Source of the DNA: Eledone cirrhosa
Lineage: Eukaryota
DNA: 64,000 bases
Direction of reading: 5' to 3'
Assembly (NCBI GenBank): GCA_964016885.1
Contig: OZ024740.1
Coordinates: 439,022,001 to 439,086,000, forward strand
Within the stretch, counting starts at the first letter, position 1; every line of letters starts with the position of its first letter. Shown in pieces: positions 63,101 through 64,000 of the stretch. The notes below the pieces were generated by a model. That model was not told the DNA's origin. It saw only the letters and a program-made list of their open reading frames with translations, and ran no database searches. A program made the position numbers and the translations under genes.

Positions 63101-64000
63101 ACCAAATCTTGTCCTAGCCTGTCAGCATTCATCTCCTCAATGGCCGTATCTTTGTTCCAGGTATTATTTATTTCAGCATTCAGATCATTGTCTGCTTCGG
63201 ATGATTCCTCCGTTCTCTCAACCTCTTCACCTTCATTTCCCACTGGCTCATTTGCCTGGCATACTCCACTCTCCATTTCCAACCTAATCTCTCTGCTCAG
63301 TTCCTCCAGTTCCAGCTCGCTTATCCACCCATTAGTTCTTATTACCCGAGCCTGCCCGGCCAAGTTTTGTTCATCTAATGTAAATAGACCAATCTCGTTT
63401 CAGATGTTATGCATCCGTTTCCTATAGCCTTTTTCCTTGGGGTTACTCTTCAGGTAACATTGCATAACAATTCTATTCAATTCTTTCGTCCAGTTGGTTG
63501 TGGTCCCTTTCCTTCTTCTTCCTCCGACACCAGCAGTATTTGGTTGACAGCCAGGTCCCTGCTGCTGAGCCAGGGAGCACCTGCTGGGTGAGAGTCTGTC
63601 ACATGACATTCCAATCTCCACTTCACCGTTATTCGAACTGTTTAGGTTCGACATTGAAACACTCTTATAAAGGATTGGTGAATGTATGGTTACATAACCA
63701 CCGGTGATTTCATCACCTCCGGTGATTTGATCACCCTCGGTGATTTTAGCGTGGTACTATAACGCTGTAGACGAACATAAATAAACAAACAAACAAATAG
63801 GTAAAAAAAAACCAAAATAAGCATAAGTTTCATTGTAATGTAATTTTTGAATGTCTGACTTAGTTTTTTTTGCTTGTCTGTCTGTCTGTTTGTTTTTCTT
63901 TTCTTTTTTCTTTTCTTTACGTTTTTCGTTGCTGCTGTGCTGTTTCGATTTTTATTTTTGATTTTTTGATTTTTTGACAGGGTCATCAAATCAGTCTATT
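60138..64000 (-). mobile_element. Family A copy A6 (older subfamily, many frameshifts, ORF ~63654-60250); leader runs off the window edge
   Basis: Minus-strand ORF pieces align to the A1 protein from the N-terminus to LRYVLNI; 3' UTR then (TAA)n. Confidence 0.93.

Overview
Eukaryotic, AT-rich, microsatellite-rich DNA with no recognisable host gene. The SINE types and repeats look like a cephalopod (Octopus-like) genome, but that is inference. About two thirds of the window is non-LTR retrotransposon. (i) Two R4/Dong-like families, here called A and B, have a single ORF with RT, a CCHC knuckle and a PD..D restriction-like endonuclease. They lie head-to-tail in (TAA)n tracts, forming a ~33 kb train (5969-38805) and a ~6 kb train (46988-53326), plus one inverted copy at the right edge. 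(ii) Two Tx1/L1-type elements (ORF1 + APE-RT ORF2) are inserted into the same (TAA)n tracts on the opposite strand. (iii) tRNA-derived SINEs end in (ATT)n, with a 3' hairpin that matches the Tx1 3' end. (iv) In (TA)n tracts there are Penelope-like remnants and non-coding, often fold-back elements carrying about ten type I hammerhead ribozyme motifs of five sequence families, two with the compensated U3:A8 core. Most notable: convergent, opposite-strand use of (TAA)n by RLE- and APE-type elements; a probable Tx1-SINE partnership; an in-frame B/A chimera; a 5' leader shared by families A and B; ORF1 swapping between the Tx1 copies; and ribozyme-tipped palindromes. All alignments and folds were done by eye and boundaries are approximate.
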